Assembly: GCA_051362555.1 (NCBI GenBank)
Contig: CM120640.1
Location: 4,340,001-4,404,000 of the forward strand
Direction: 5' to 3'
DNA: 64,000 nucleotides
Source: Lingula anatina
Taxonomy: Eukaryota; Animalia; Brachiopoda
A program made the position numbers and the translations under genes. Position 1 is the stretch's first letter, and each line of letters begins with the position of its first letter. Below the pieces are notes generated by a model that was not told where the DNA came from, searched no databases, and saw only the letters and a list, made by a program, of their open reading frames with translations. Below, in pieces: positions 1 to 26,842 of this stretch.

Positions 1-514
1 TTAGTAACTTTGCTTTATTCAAGATCATTTTGTGAAATAAAACCCTTATTTTTCTCCAGAATATTTATGATGTGCATTTCACCTCCTGTAATATGATTTT
101 TTTATGGAATAATAAGAACTCTGAACCAGATGGATTATAGGCTGATGTGTGTGATCATATTTCTATAAAAAGATTGGGGAAGGTAAACAGTATTGACTTT
201 GAACACAAGTATGCTCACAACTTAATCATGCTAGGCAATCTACTATGCTTGGATTTATATTTCAAAAAGGATACACTGACTGACTCTATGCTAGTGTTTC
301 TATTTTTGTGAATCATTCAAAAGTATTATAATGGAAATCTTGATAAATTAGAATGGTTATCAGAAATTACAGATTTTTTTCACCAGGAGGTTGATCATTA
401 TGCTACATTAAACTTAAAACTTGTAAATATGAAATGATAATGTTTGGCAGTTCAAGAGTCACCTGTTTGGCTAGGTTATGTGGGTAATACAGTTTGTGAT
501 GCTGCCTCCATTGA

Positions 515-13046
<12,532 letters not shown>

Positions 13047-16000
13047 GAGATTCCATCATCCCTGTGCATAATCTGTGCCATTCTAACCGCAGGAGTTTGT
13101 GTGCCTGTGAGCAATGGACCTACTTCAGCTGTCCAAGTGTTTTTTTACCAACATTTTTTTCAATTTGAAGGATCAAGGCTCAATGATATTTAAAAGTTCC
13201 CAGACAACTTTTGGTTTTGTATTCATTTTATTGCTAATTTGATGGATTTTGTGCATTTTGTGATGTTGTCATAATGAATGGAAGCTGGACACATAGTGCG
13301 CCTTGTAATAATCATAGTTTTACAGAATCCACTAAGCACCGTTTGTGGTGCAACAAGAAAGGTGGGGAAAGCTCTTGTGAAATTTCCTCTACCTAGTTTT
13401 GATGGTCAAAGTTGAGGCCATGATGATAGTTGTTTATCACTAGTTAAAAGTTGGTGAAGGGTAAAATGGATGACCATTACCATTTAGCTGGTTTCTCTAA
13501 TGTATCTCTATGTGATTGTGTGTATGTATGTATGTTTGTGCAGCCTGAAAAAGATAGTTGTAAGTAGATGTAAATACTGAGAATCTATCCAAGGGCACTT
13601 TTTCGCTGGAACAGAATACCTCCCAAAAAAGAAGTGCGAAAATAGAATATAATTAAAGGCAATGCAAAGACTGGTTATAATGTACAAATACTGCACATCT
13701 ATATTCTTCAGGCACACACTATTATTTTAAGTTATTACTGTATTAAAGAACAATATTGAAAACTGTGCTGTCAGTAACTTGCCATACAGGACTTTGGGGC
13801 AAAGGCAATATTAAAACTTGTCATGTGTAAACAGCACAATGAAACCTCTTAATTAAACTAATTCACTGTTGGATGACAGCATTTTACATTTTAGTATCTT
13901 GATAAGAACAGTTTGTGTTTTTTTATGTATATCTCTTAGATGTTTGTGACCAGATGCACTTAATCTAGTTCTTTGCACTGGCCAGTCTTATATTGAACCA
14001 AAGCAGAGTTTATTCTACCATGTACATAGATTTTTGTCAGGGAGGAAGAGGGAGAAAGTGACAACTTTTTAAATCCTTTTTGTGTAAGTCCTGTATTGTG
14101 AAACTTGTGTAACTTTTGACCTATAATGTGTCATCACAGAAAATATGTGTTGAGGTTGTTTATATAAACTTTTCAATCATTCCAACAAATTGGATCAAAA
14201 GACAAACGTTACCATGGTGCTTTCCTATGCAAAAATAGACCTAATGTAGTAAAACATCCACATCTGTACCTCCCAAAGGGGTACTGAACAATCTCAAGGA
14301 CAGGGTGAAAATATGTAAGTTTTATATACATCATATCAGCTCTTCCATATTTTACCTTCCTAGTTTGAGTGGTGCACTTGAGAAACATTTGCAGTTTTAG
14401 GCTTTGTCCTCCTAAGTACTACACCCAACTGCTGAGAGATCTCCATGGTCTTGAAGAAATCAATCATATTTTTTATGGTCCAGTGCAATTTTTAAAGCTG
14501 TTGACTTAGTTAACTTGCACGGTGGTCAAATCCTCATAATTATACAGATCACTATCCAGTTAATAGACTGTGTCATTTTAGATAAGTGGCTGGATAATCA
14601 TGTCAACTTTCTCTCTTTGTTAATTGTGGCATTTGGAGTTCATAATTAATTTGTTGTAACCCTCATGACTTTGTGCTTTCACATGTTTGAGATTTAGTGG
14701 AGGCTGGTTACACTGAAACTTTCCAGTGGTGCATCATAAATGAAGGCAATTATTGACCAAAAACTTAACGAAGATCTCATTTTTGGCTTCCATTATCAAG
14801 CCGACAGTATGTCTTAAATAAGCTGCTGCATTATCACTTACATCAGCTTTACTTGTATTTTGTCATTGTTGTGTTAAAAAGTTTAAGATGTTTTTGCCAT
14901 TTTGTATCTTTAATTTACAAGTTAATATGTCATCTCCAGTATTCAAACACAGCGATGCAATCTCAGTACCTGTATACTGCAATGCAAATGTTATAAACAG
15001 GGTATAAACTCAAACATTTGATACTTCTTCAGGAGAAAAAATTCTCCATGTGGTTTGAATACCGTGCAATACAATCTAGAAATGAGAAGAAATTCTATCT
15101 AGTAAAAGTGGACTTTGTGTCGCTTTGAGGAGTTGTGGATATTGCTGCCACCTGTTGGCAAGCATTTTAAACCAGTTGAGGATTATGCAATATTTTAGAA
15201 TCTTGCTGTAAATCCAAGTAAGACCAAGAGATGTTTGAAGAAATAGCATATCTTTAAATATTAGTCTCGTAGGTCCAATTGACTTTGTGTGTATATATCA
15301 ATCTTGAGCTTACAGTTTATGGGAGTGTAGTATTTTTTGCATTATCATGTGATTGTGCAATGGGAAAATAACCAGTCACTGTGTGTGTTTTAGCTAAAGG
15401 GTTGCCTCATTTTTATTAGGAAGTTTCAGCTGAGCAGTAAGGATGTTGCCAGGAAATGGCAGAGCCCTCTGTCTCCTTAGATATTTTAAGCCAGACTTGT
15501 TAGTAATATGAACTAAGTGTTCTGTGCACCTCTTTAGGGTGTTTAAGCAGTTTGCTTAAACAAAAATAGTGTCTTAAATTTAATGATGTCACAAATTATA
15601 TGACATCTGTTATGCCACTTATATTATTATAGAAATATATACTGGTATTGCACCTTAGATAGTTATCACAGTATTGTTTGGTGTAAGGGGTTTGAGTGCA
15701 TAGCGCATATTTGTAGATGTCAGACAGTTGGACATCTCAAGATGGCAAGGCTAGTATCAATATATTCCGGTACTTCTTGAAAGCGAAAATGTTGATAAGA
15801 GGGATGATAAACTTATTAGAAAGGATTGTAAATTAATGAAGTTTCCCATTCAATAGAAACTCATTCCACAGTCATCTCTAAGCAATTACATTGTTATCAA
15901 ACTGGTTGTTTCCACATATACTTCACTTAAACAAAAAATCACATCCTTTATTATAATTATTATGGAGCAATTTCCCAATCTTTCCAAAATCGTATTTGTA

Positions 16001-17023
16001 AGAATTCTAACAAGTTGACCAAATTAAGTAATGTTTAATCCAAATTCATCGGAGCTTACGAAAACATCAATGTAAATAGATCATTGCCATCTCAAGGATT
16101 GTTTTATTTATTTCAGTAAAAGAGAGATGTGTAGAATATTGTATAGTGCATGTTTCATATTTACGGAGATCTGGGGAAGTGTTTCTACAAGTCTAGTAGC
16201 ACATAGTTGACAATAATTATATATGCTGTTGTCAGAGGGTTAGTTGGCAATTAAATATCTATTCTGTTGTCAAAAGTGATCAATGTCTAGATGAGTTACT
16301 AGTCAAAATGTCCAATTTCAGACCCCATGTGTTGTGATCACTTCATGCTCTTTGGTTTGGTGGAGATAGAAAACTGACCTTTATGTACAAATTATAAAAA
16401 AATGAAATCCAATAAAAACATGAAACTTTTATGTCTGAATTTTGAGATTGAATTCTATATTTCTTTTCAACACTTCCTTTGGTTTTGATGACATTGCTGG
16501 CCAGAAAAAAAGTTTTGTATATGAGAACATTGGATATCAAGTGCTTGACAGAACGGGTGATTATAACTGGAACATACCCCACCAGTATGGAACTAGCTGG
16601 GAAGTTTTCTCTTCAATGTTTTATTGTTTGGATAGATAAATAATTACAATGCTCAAAGCTAAAAGAAAGAAATATTTACAAAATGTGATTAAAAGAAAAT
16701 ATTTACAAAATGTACAAAATTTATATTAATCAAAAATAAACAGTTTGTGCATGTCAACATGCTGTAAGTACTTTGTAGCCCTGATGCAACCTCTCCCAAG
16801 TTCTTGCATTATAGACTCTTATCCAAGAAGAGCACTGTGTAATCCAACAATTTTCTTGCTGTTTTATCACTTGCTTTCCAACTCCTCAGATGTCTCAAAC
16901 TTCAGGACTGTATTCCATGATATGCAACTGAAGAAGTTTGACATAAAAATTTTAATGATTTTACTTTCTCAGCATATATATATAGCAGTGCTTGCTAACA
17001 TTTGCCTCATGAGAATTCGTCTA

Positions 17024-20009
17024 TTAGAAATTAGGATCACTAATATCCGTAGTCTTTTGGCCTAACACTTCTTCTTCCCACTTTGCTAGCTGTTCTACAA
17101 ACCCCCTGTTAGGTCGCACTGTAGGACTACACCGTAGTGCATGCTGGTAGGCTTCCTGTAAGGAAAAAAGAAGTAGGACAGTTTTTCTAAGTTGTAAAAT
17201 CACAATGAGACCCACCAGGCTGTGAGTTGTCACATCTTATGTGTCACAACAAACACAATCAATTAAAAACATGAAACTTTTATGTCTGAATCAATTAAGT
17301 TCCATCACGGGAATTTCTACTGTGGCCATGCTTGGCAAGGATACAAAGGGCTCATTCCCATGGTCTATGTAGATCGATCCAACTCCCCGAGGACTAACTG
17401 AATGCAATCATACAGATTAACACACCTTCTTTTGTTTGCAATGTACTGTAATAATCACCAGCTTTTATGTTTCTACTCAACCCCAGACCTGTTTAGCTGA
17501 TTGCATTAAGAGAGAGTCCCTCCAGGTAGACTGATCTACAGAGACCGATATTATCAATGGGCATGAGCCCATCCCTGCAACATGGACCAATATAGCTGTC
17601 ATGTAATATATTGAACATATGCAAGCAATATAAATTATATACCTTAAGTGTCCATTTATTGTGGTGCATTAGGTATGCCATCACAATGCAAGCACTTCTG
17701 CTGATTCCTCTGGCAGAATACACAAGAACAACACGATTCCCATTTCTGTGCTCGTCTGAAAAATAAATTATAAAAATGGAATTTTGTTATTCATATTTAT
17801 GTAAAACTAAGTAGTCCAAAACTGAGGTAAAAAAAATTATTTAAACATTTCTATTCTTGGGTACCTGCTTCCTTGAATATTTGAATCAGTCTCAAAAATG
17901 TACAAATAATTATTGAACAAAGGAATAACTGTGGTTTCAGTCAGATGTTTAAACTCACCAAGAAAAGTACATGCTTCCTTAAACTGTGAATACATATCTG
18001 CCTCTTCATTGTCCTCAACAGGAATATGTAAGAGTTGCGGGCCTTGTTCCTTGAAACTAGAGTCATGAGAAATATACATGTTCAACTGAGTGTATTTTGT
18101 TTAATGATAAATCTATAATATTTCTTTTGTATTTTAGTTTTTTTCATTAGCAGGTAAAAGACTTAACTTGAAGTCCATTTATAATAATTTTAGCAGAAAA
18201 GAAATATACAGCTCTTGACAACTGGCACATGAAACAACATATATTAGAACATACATTTTTTTTTTTTTTTTGAGAAATTATGGCCCCAGACCTGTGCCTT
18301 GTAATACCAGGCATGTAGGTGCTCAGAGGTTTAAGAAAACAGCCCCTTTGGCTGGAAAAAGGCTCACGGTCTAAATCAAATTTGCTTTGGGTTTTATGCC
18401 ACCTCTTAAATAGGGTCAACTTAAAAAATAAAAAAGGTCTTTTTCAGAAATAGAACCCCATGCGGAATTGCTGGATACATGCCTAATTACTGCACACTTA
18501 CACGTGCACACAGTTGTTTCCATCCCTTTGCAATGGACCTTTTTTGTCTGTATAAAGCATCAAATCCAATGGCAAAAGCAGTATCATCATCATGAAAATT
18601 AGTATTTATAAATAACATCTATAAACTCACATCTCTCCAGGTTCAACACAGCAGTTGATGTGACCCTTGACCTTGAGATCTTTCTGTATATAAGCTGCAT
18701 TGCCTTGTCTCATATTTCCCATGTATAGGAAACCTGGAATAACCTCAATGGGATACGTTTTCAAATTATCCATTTCCTGGAAAAGAAACAGAAATAAGAT
18801 TTCTAAGATGTCAGTCCTTGTCACGTTCATTTCTTGAAACTAGGGATAAAATCAAGTCAGGATGAATCTTTATGTTAGAAATGTTTGAAAAAAATCGTAA
18901 ACCCATTCCTAAAAAAATATTTTAAAATAAGAGAAAATTAAAATTTGAAATGGATTGACTTTTTAATTTCTTACCTGGGGCATGAAAATTATCTTCTGTG
19001 TCCTGAGAAATGGATATAGTGCTGAAAAATCTTCATAACCTCCTAAAATACCAAACAATATTTTACACGTGAGACAAATCATGAGAGACACTGTTTGCAT
19101 ATTTTCCCATAAATTTTTATTAACCTCTCTAAACTGGACATATGCAATATCAAAAGTTAAAATGGATATCAAAAGTTAAAAAGACATAAGATTACCTTTA
19201 AGTATGTTTACAGGATTCCTACTTGTTTCAGCCATCACACTTGCACACTGATATGCAGGGCCTGTAAACAAGATTTGAGAAATTTTGCTTAAAGTGCTAT
19301 AAGAGTGTTGTTTTATCTTTTTGCAACAGATAAAAATAGCTTAAACAAAAGTGAAATATATGAACTGAATTATGGCTTTTTATCTTAAAAAAAAATGAAC
19401 ACTTATTCCTTTAACAAGAAACTACAATATTTGAATTCAAAAACCAAACTACACTCGCTGTTCTAACTGTAAAAGGACTTCTTGTAAGATCATCAAGCAG
19501 TAGATTTTGGATGTAGTTACTTTCTGTATCTTTTAAGCTGTCTGTGTTGCCATCATATACCACCACATGCTGTTTGCACTCAAGTTCAGCTCCATATGGC
19601 ACTGTGAAGTCCCCATTTTCATTCTGAAGAAAAAATTGTTAATGTAAAGGAAAAAAATATATAAAAGAGCAAAAAAGTGCAAAGATCTTTAAAGCACATA
19701 CGGCAAATAACTTTTGCTAAATACACCACAAAATAAATTTTTTGGTCTTCAGTATTTTCTTTTCCAGTTCATTTGAAACACTGTAACTTCTTTTTCTGTG
19801 TATTTTTATTTTGTTCATTTCAAACATAAACTCTTCAACATCTTTTGCCATTACAATTTATGAGTTCTAGTGTTTACAAAATCAATTTGTCCTTAATCTT
19901 TCACAACTAATTGAGTATAAATTTTCAAAGGAGTTTTAATTAGTAACACAACAATAGTAATGAAAATAAATTGATCTCTTTGAATGAATTTTTATATTAA
20001 CTGAAACAT

Positions 20010-20046
<37 letters not shown>

Positions 20047-21406
20047 TTCAAATTTACTATGATTGAATGCAGTTTCTCTCCATTATCTATAGTAACTGAT
20101 TCTTTTTATGACACGTGACAGTGTAACAAAACAAATACAATCATTCACCAACAAAATACCATTCCGTAAATCCAAATTTTCTATCACTGTCTTACAAACA
20201 GTATATAAAACCAGATCAGAATCAGTAAAACAGGACATTTATTTTAGATAAATCACATAAATCATGTATACAAATACCTTGGGAGCTTTTTTGGAGGTTA
20301 CCACATGACTCTCATTGTATTCATGCTTCTTTCTAGCATCTGAAATTACAAAGCAATTACCCTTATAAAACACAATGTAAGGAAAAATCTTTAACTTGTA
20401 CATATCATGAATGTAAGTCTGTTGTTCACCCCCACCCTGTAACTCTCTACCAATTTTTTAATACTAAGCAAAATTAAATTATGTGGTGACTTTGATCAAT
20501 GTCTCTGCTATTCAAATTAATTAGTTTAGAAATTTACTAACATATTTTTCATCTTTTTAAATAAACCTCCAAGTTAATTGACCAATGAGATTTCAGCCCA
20601 GCAAAACATCAACTCTCCTAATATTTGAAGGGCATAATGTTTCATGTAAAAAAAATTCTTAAAATTAGTAACTGAATTAATTGCCAAACTTTATTTGAGT
20701 CACAGAGACATTGCTCAAAGTCATCTCAAAGATATTTAATATCACAGAGCTATATGGTGGGGGGAGGAGGGATACTGCAATACTGCAAAAGTGCCAAAAA
20801 GTGTACGGTACATCTATACATCTTCTAACTGCATATTTTTTCAATTGAAGTGCATTTCAGTGAACTGATGAAAACTGTATCATACTGGGTATGCGACAGT
20901 ATCATATCTCTACAGTTGTACAGATCCTTTTTTATTTACAGAAAACTAATAATGACTTATTACATGTATTTTTAGCATCTAATATATGACATGTACATGT
21001 AACTTTACATGTTTAATTACAGTACGTATATACCCCCGGTACATGTACTGGTATGTCAAAAATCAAAATTCAACATTTTAACTTGTAATTTTACTTGATG
21101 TTTGTATATTAAATGACAAATAACACAAAAAGTTAAAAAGCGTTTGATATCTCTCCAAAATCTAAATGACGGGCCTATACTGAATCCATATGAAGTTGTT
21201 ATTTGAAATTACTGCCACAGTGGCACTGACATATATGAACTGTGAGCAAACGAAGTAAAACTTACTGTGTTAATCATTAATAAAGCTAATTAAAATAACT
21301 TACCAAGAAGCATCATATAATTCGGGTCGCTTAAACATGGATATAAAGTCGCTGCATTTAATAAATTGTAAAGATCAGTCGCCTCTAGGAGCACTATTCC
21401 TGCCAT
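17024..21406 (-). CDS. STYXL1: Serine/threonine/tyrosine-interacting-like protein 1 (MK-STYX), rhodanese plus inactive dual-specificity phosphatase domain, about 296 aa
   Basis: Nine exons: 21304-21406, 20278-20339, 19521-19623, 19196-19261, 18975-19042, 18631-18776, 17959-18056, 17643-17755, 17024-17155 (891 nt, phases consistent). Peptides MAGIVLLEATDLYNLLN, EYNESHV, GGYEDFSALYPFLRTQKIIFMPQE, YPIEVIPG, IQKDLKVKGHIN, YSARGISRS and PNRGFVEQL match the STYXL1 family. Confidence 0.95.
17322..17590. mobile_element. Old palindromic MITE-like element in the last STYXL1 intron
   Basis: Degenerate inverted arms: GGGCTCATTCCCAT..GGTCTATGTAGATC..AATGCAATCA (about 17348-17410) versus TGATTGCATT..GATCTACAGAGACC..ATGGGCATGAGCCC (about 17498-17570). 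Boundaries approximate. Confidence 0.55.
18308..18484. mobile_element. MITE of the CAGGCCCGTAGCCAG family, degenerate, opposite orientation to the 59954 copy
   Basis: The reverse complement of its right end (AGGCATGTATCCAGCAATTCC..GGGGTTCTATTTCTGAAAAAG) matches the left end of 59954-60120. Confidence 0.55.
20011..20044. repeat. (CA)17 microsatellite
   Basis: Perfect CA run in STYXL1 intron 2. Confidence 0.95.
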
Positions 21407-21774
21407 CGTTATATTAAATTTGTGTTGGTTTTTTATTCTAGCAGGTGCTGAAGAACACAGTTTGTATACAAGTTTACCTCCTCACTTCCGGTGACAGAAA
21501 AATAGTCCTCATGTTATTCATCTTAATGTTACTTTCATGTAGAATGTTTAGAAAATACAAGATGACCATTACAACACAATTTTTTAAAAGAAACAACTGT
21601 TTGAATCAGCATTTGATTAACTTTAATGAAAATGTTTGTAAATTAATACGCAAACGTAAGATGTCTGCTATGTTGCTAGCCCTAGACGAATGGAATTATG
21701 GGACATTATCAGGTTGTGCTTGGCTGGGGAACCATTTTGATTGTCCTTGTTAAGTTAATTTCGCAATATCTGCA
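21407..21774. promoter_or_regulatory. Bidirectional promoter and 5'UTR region shared by STYXL1 and MDH2
   Basis: Divergent ATGs are 368 bp apart (21406 and 21775). An ETS/GABP-type ACTTCCGGT motif lies at 21484-21492. Confidence 0.7.
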
Positions 21775-24700
21775 ATGTTTTCAAGGTTTGCAAGACCACG
21801 AGCCATTTCCCTCGTAGGGAACGCCATGAGGAACTTTTCTTCCAGCTCTCCAGTAAGTGTTACCTTATGTCTATGTCGTATTTAGAAGGTACGCGGCTCA
21901 TGTGTGGACTGTGCACAGTGCCACAGTTGCACAATAAACGTGTTGAGAAAGAGCTTTAAGTAGGTCTAGGTCGTAGGCTACGTGCATTTTGTCATCTGAA
22001 TAATGACGGTGGCTAAAAGTAAAACCTTGTTAAATATGCCAATTATTTTACATCACATGTTAACTTGACAACAGACTTTTTAAAAAATCTAAATAGAATT
22101 AGGTCGACCTAGTCAGACGAATGTGTTTTTAATGAATTTAAGCACACTCAGGCTTATCTCCAGTACAGCCAGTAAAGGTGAAATAAATCCAAGTTTCATA
22201 ACTTCCTCAGCTTATGTCAGTGGACAATTCTAGATAAAGAGTCATTTATATAGATACCATACCTTGCAGATTCTTAGGAGAGTTTTTTAGTATTTCATTT
22301 TGCTATTAAACAGCAACTTTGCAAAGTTCTAAGGTGAAAAAAAGATAAAAGCCCTTATCTAATTTTCTTCTGGCATTGTATGCCCTGTTCACACTACCAG
22401 AGGTTTTAGCCCTTTTTACAAGTTCACAGTTCCAAGCCAACCGTTTGTCAATCAGAATTACTCATAATCTGGTCAATGAACTGGTTGTGTTGAGCACAGT
22501 GGGGACATAATTTTAATGACTATCTTACATTATAGCCATGCTATTTAGTTGTCAATCTTTCAAAATGGTGAGAACCAGAAAAGTGTACTACATGATGTGG
22601 AAATGGCCTTAAAGTTAGAGAGAAATCACTGGATCCCTAAGCCTAGTAAAAGTAATATGATTTTGCCTGGTGGTTTGAATGTATGTGCTCTCAGAATATT
22701 TGGTCATAAAAAAGCTAATGATGTGTTCAGATCTGATGGATGCTATAATTTAACTGAAATTATTTTAAAACCTCAAAAATTGTTTTCATTCTTCAGCACT
22801 ATATACCTTTATGGATTATATACTGGTTTGTGCCTGTATGTAATAAATTGTGTACTAATAAGTTTTTGTTACATTTCAGCATAATGCCAGAGTGGCAGTA
22901 ATGGGTGCTAGTGGTGGTATTGGACAGCCTTTGGCCCTTCTCCTTAAGGAATCTCCTCTGGTTACCCAGTTAGCCTTGTATGATATTGTACATGTGACAC
23001 CTGGCGTGGCCAAAGATCTGAGTCACATATGTACTAAAGCTCAGGTCACAGGTTACATGGGCCCAGAAACCATGCAAGACTGCCTCACAGGATGTGATGT
23101 TGTCATGATCCCAGCAGGAGTTCCTAGAAAACCAGGTAATGTTGTTGATAACTCCATCAGGATTAGATATCAGTCCACTTACTGTGGGATACTACTTTCT
23201 TAGACTGACAGGTAAATTACAAAGTTTTGCTTGGGAAGTGATAAAAAAATATAAACCTACAGGGCATTTGCTCCATAATATGAAAGTGACACATTTTTAG
23301 ACAGATTTATTGACATACACTGCCCTGGAATTTTTTCTCCAAATTATTATATTAGATTTGCAGTATTCAGTAAACAGAGGTATTTATGATGTTTTCCTTC
23401 ACGTAGGCATGAGCCGAGATGATCTTTTCAACACAAATGCCAGCATAGTGCGGGATATTGCTGATGCTGCAGCTCAGTATTGTCCGCAAGCAATGATGTG
23501 TATTATTACAAATCCAGTGAGTATGCTTGTTATGTATTTAGGAACTACATTGTAAACATGTAAGCCATTGAAATAATTGTCATGTAAACGTAAAATTACA
23601 TTGTTTTTAAAATATGTACTGGTGTTTATGATTTTTATGCACAGGTCATTTTTAGCCATTTTAAAGCAAGTTAGGATAAATTAGTTTGGTTTAATCGTAT
23701 TACATAGCTGAAAAGAAAAGAGGTTGCTTTTATTAGCAAATTTTGAAATATTACCATTATCTTTGCAGGTGAATTCTACAGTCCCGATTGCGAGTGAAGT
23801 TTTCAAGAAGAGAGGCGTATATGATCCAAACAGGATATTTGGTGTAACAACTCTGGATATTGTCAGGGCCAATGCATTCATTGCAGAGGCAAAGGTATAC
23901 ATTACAAACTGCATTGCTCAATTAGGGTAGTTAAGTTACAGTGCATTCCTTTTGAAATTAGTTGTTTGCAGATATATGCCTTTCATAATCACTTGTTATT
24001 GATCAATTAAATTTGTCCTCTTGTTGGATTGAATAATCATCAAGTATTTTTCCCTTTTGCATAGTAGCAGAAAAAGAAACTGTATGGCTTGTTTATAATT
24101 AAAACAATTTATTGTCACTAATCTGGGTATAAACCTTTCAGGGCTTGGACCCCACTAAAGTTAAGGTCCCAGTTATTGGTGGCCATTCAGGTGTAACAAT
24201 TATACCTGTTATCTCCCAGGCAACACCTGGGGTGTCTTTCAAACAGGTAAGAAGAATTCTTCGGTGAAATAAGTAGTTCATTTTGATATGAATAGACTTA
24301 TTCCATATCTGTGTGAAACAGCATTCGTCATTTTGTTAGATGGAATGTAAATTATTGTTACTAAAGCCATTTTTATATGTCTTTGGGGAATGATATTTGT
24401 GTTGTTTTATGTATTCAGGAGGAACGAGAGAAAATAACGAAGAGAATTCAGAATGCTGGAACAGAAGTGGTAGAGGCAAAAGCAGGAGGAGTAAGTTCAT
24501 TGGGGCATTGCACTACTTGTTTGGGAGGCTCTTTATGTTGTTTGCATTGTAAATGGTATCTAAAATCCACAAAAGTGGATATTTTTTCCAGCAAAGATAA
24601 GATTGGTATTCATAAGTCTTTAAATGGGGGAGTGGAGAGGATGGGTGATGTAAATATTATGCCAGATACATACTTAGAAAAACTGTGTTTCAGGGTTCAG

Positions 24701-26842
24701 CTACTTTGTCTATGGCTTATGCTGGGGCTCAGTTTGCGTTCTCTCTCCTACAAGCAATGAATGGCAAGGAAGGAGTTGTGGAGTGTGCATATGTGAAATC
24801 AGATGAAACGGATGCTAAATACTTTTCTACTCCTTTGCAATTGGGGGTAAGTTTTTTTTTTTTCTTGCTCTATTTTTGTTCATTAAGATGTCTATTATGA
24901 AATGTAATGATTTTGTGTCATCTTTTTGAAGAATATTCACATTATTTAATTAATTGGAGCTCTATTGTAATTGTCATCCTTTTCTATTTATATTCATTTA
25001 AGGATAAATATTGAAGATCATTATATGTTAAATACTACATAATTTGAATATTTTAGTTTTAGTACCGCATGCTTTTGCTTCAAAATGATTTGATCAAGCT
25101 TGGCTGAGCCTGCATCATTTGCTTGTCTGCTGTAGTTTTTATGCTGAAACCAGCATTGTGTGTGGATTGACAACAAGGTTTTTGGGGCACTTGTCCTAAG
25201 GGCAAGTGCTGTCTCATATTAAATTGCTAAAAAAAAAAGGATTTTTACACATTATTTTGAAATGTCATTCAGGTCAGCAAAAAGTTTGAAATCTGTGTCA
25301 ACCATGGCAACATTGTTGTTTTTATTTGCCCAAGGGTAGCCTTATTGTCAACCCTTGTTTGTATATTATGTTTTTAAATTTGATTTTTGTTCCTTAGTTG
25401 TCAATCTGAAATAAAAGAAATATATTTCATTTTCATATAGTGGGATGAATTTTTCTAATTTTGGTTGTTTGCTCTGAAGTAATTTTTATCATGTTAACCT
25501 GATTAAATGAGTGGCATTTAGTCCATTCTGTTCCCAAGACATTCCAAAATGTTTGCAATATTAGTAAACATTTAACATTTAAGTCCAGCAATTCAGTTTA
25601 TTTGTCTCGCAGCACATGTAAACACTGTTTAATGTTGGAAACAACCAAACCACAGTGAGTCAGTGACCATCCAGTTGGGCCAATATAATGTGAATCCAAC
25701 TGACCTGATGGACTTGTTATATTTCGCCTTGGTGTGACATACTCTGGGATTAAGTGAAATATCTTTAATAGCACAAAATTAGTGAAGACTAGTCAGTGTA
25801 CAAACTTTAAAATTTTGTTTTATAAATTTGAAACCAATTAGTATTTTCTCCAAACAAGTGAAGAAAATTATTGATAAGGCTGCTGGGTCTTGTAAATATG
25901 TTAATCAAAATTTTAGACTTTTTATTGAACACATAGCAGAGCGATCTATTAAATGATACATTTCCATTTCTTTCTCATTGTTTTTTCCAACTTTTCACCA
26001 CAGGCTGTTCAAATCCTTTTCATATTGTTAAAGATTTCTTGTTTTGCATGTTTATATCTGTAACATTTTAAGTACAGAAATTCTGAAAAAAAAATGGGCC
26101 CAAGAGAAACAAAATTCTTGTATTAAAGGTTTTACTTTTGTGATTTATAATGAAAACTCAATTTGAATATATACTTACATTTCACTTTTCACTGCATTCA
26201 TGGCAACATCAGTTTTGCTTTTTGTGTTAAAACCTGATTGTATGAGATAGTTAAAAGAGGGAAGATTTGCACCATTGTTTATTTGCTTTGTTACTAATTT
26301 TTTTTTATTATTTTAGATATTTTTAAAACTTACTTTTATCTGATTTTAATTCTGCTTTTCTAGATATTACCATTTACAAAATAAAAGAATGAATAAAATT
26401 AATATATTAGATAATTTAATATTCATTACTTTCTTTTATCTGATTTTAATTCCTCCTTTCTAGATATTACCATTTACAAAGTAAAAGAATGGATAAAATT
26501 TGTATATTAGATAATTTAACATAAATAACCATTTTGAAACAACACTAACATTTTGCACACACATCACTTGTTGGTTCTGCAACTTTCTTATTGTTTCCCT
26601 TTTGGGAATAAAACAAAACCGAGCCTGACTTTACAAAGCATTTGAAATGTGTGGATTTGCTTGCTGCAGCCATATGCGCATGCCTTAAGCTCATGTTGGC
26701 TTTTGTTTAATTTCAGCGCAATGGTGTTGAGAAAAACCATGGAGTTGGGAATCTTATTGAATTTGAGTCGCAACTTCTTGATCAAGCAATGGATGAACTG
26801 AAGGCTAATATTAAAAAAGGAGAGGATTTTGTTAATCAGTAA
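21775..26842 (+). CDS. MDH2: Mitochondrial malate dehydrogenase, about 341 aa (isoform using the proximal terminal exon)
   Basis: Exons 21775-21852 (Arg-rich presequence [26 protein letters not shown]), 22880-23135 ([23 protein letters not shown]), 23407-23516, 23769-23894 ([10 protein letters not shown]), 24142-24246 (VIGGHSG), 24419-24490, 24694-24846 ([11 protein letters not shown]), 26717-26842. Total 1026 nt in frame. Confidence 0.96.
26333..26519. repeat. About 100-bp direct tandem duplication (2 copies) in MDH2 intron 7
   Basis: CTTTTATCTGATTTTAATTC..CTAGATATTACCATTTACAAA..TATATTAGATAATTTAA occurs twice with period about 100. Confidence 0.85.

Noticed and set aside
13047-13170. Stop-codon readthrough of NLK (about 40 open codons after TGA)
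   Set aside because: The context is TGA-G rather than the leaky TGA-CTA, and an extension of this length is unremarkable.
16413-17291. 28-bp exact duplicate TAAAAACATGAAACTTTTATGTCTGAAT at about 16413 and 17264
   Set aside because: Real but short and AT-rich. It is most likely a local templated-repair copy, and no element structure lies between the two.
25163-25356. Possible decayed hAT-type MITE (GGATTGACAA..TTGTCAACCCT)
   Set aside because: Too degenerate to define ends or a TSD.
25613-25654. Possible 42-nt poison exon (CGCAG|CACATGTAA..CACA|GTGAGT) in MDH2 intron 7
   Set aside because: Splice-like signals of this quality arise by chance, and there is no conservation or expression evidence.
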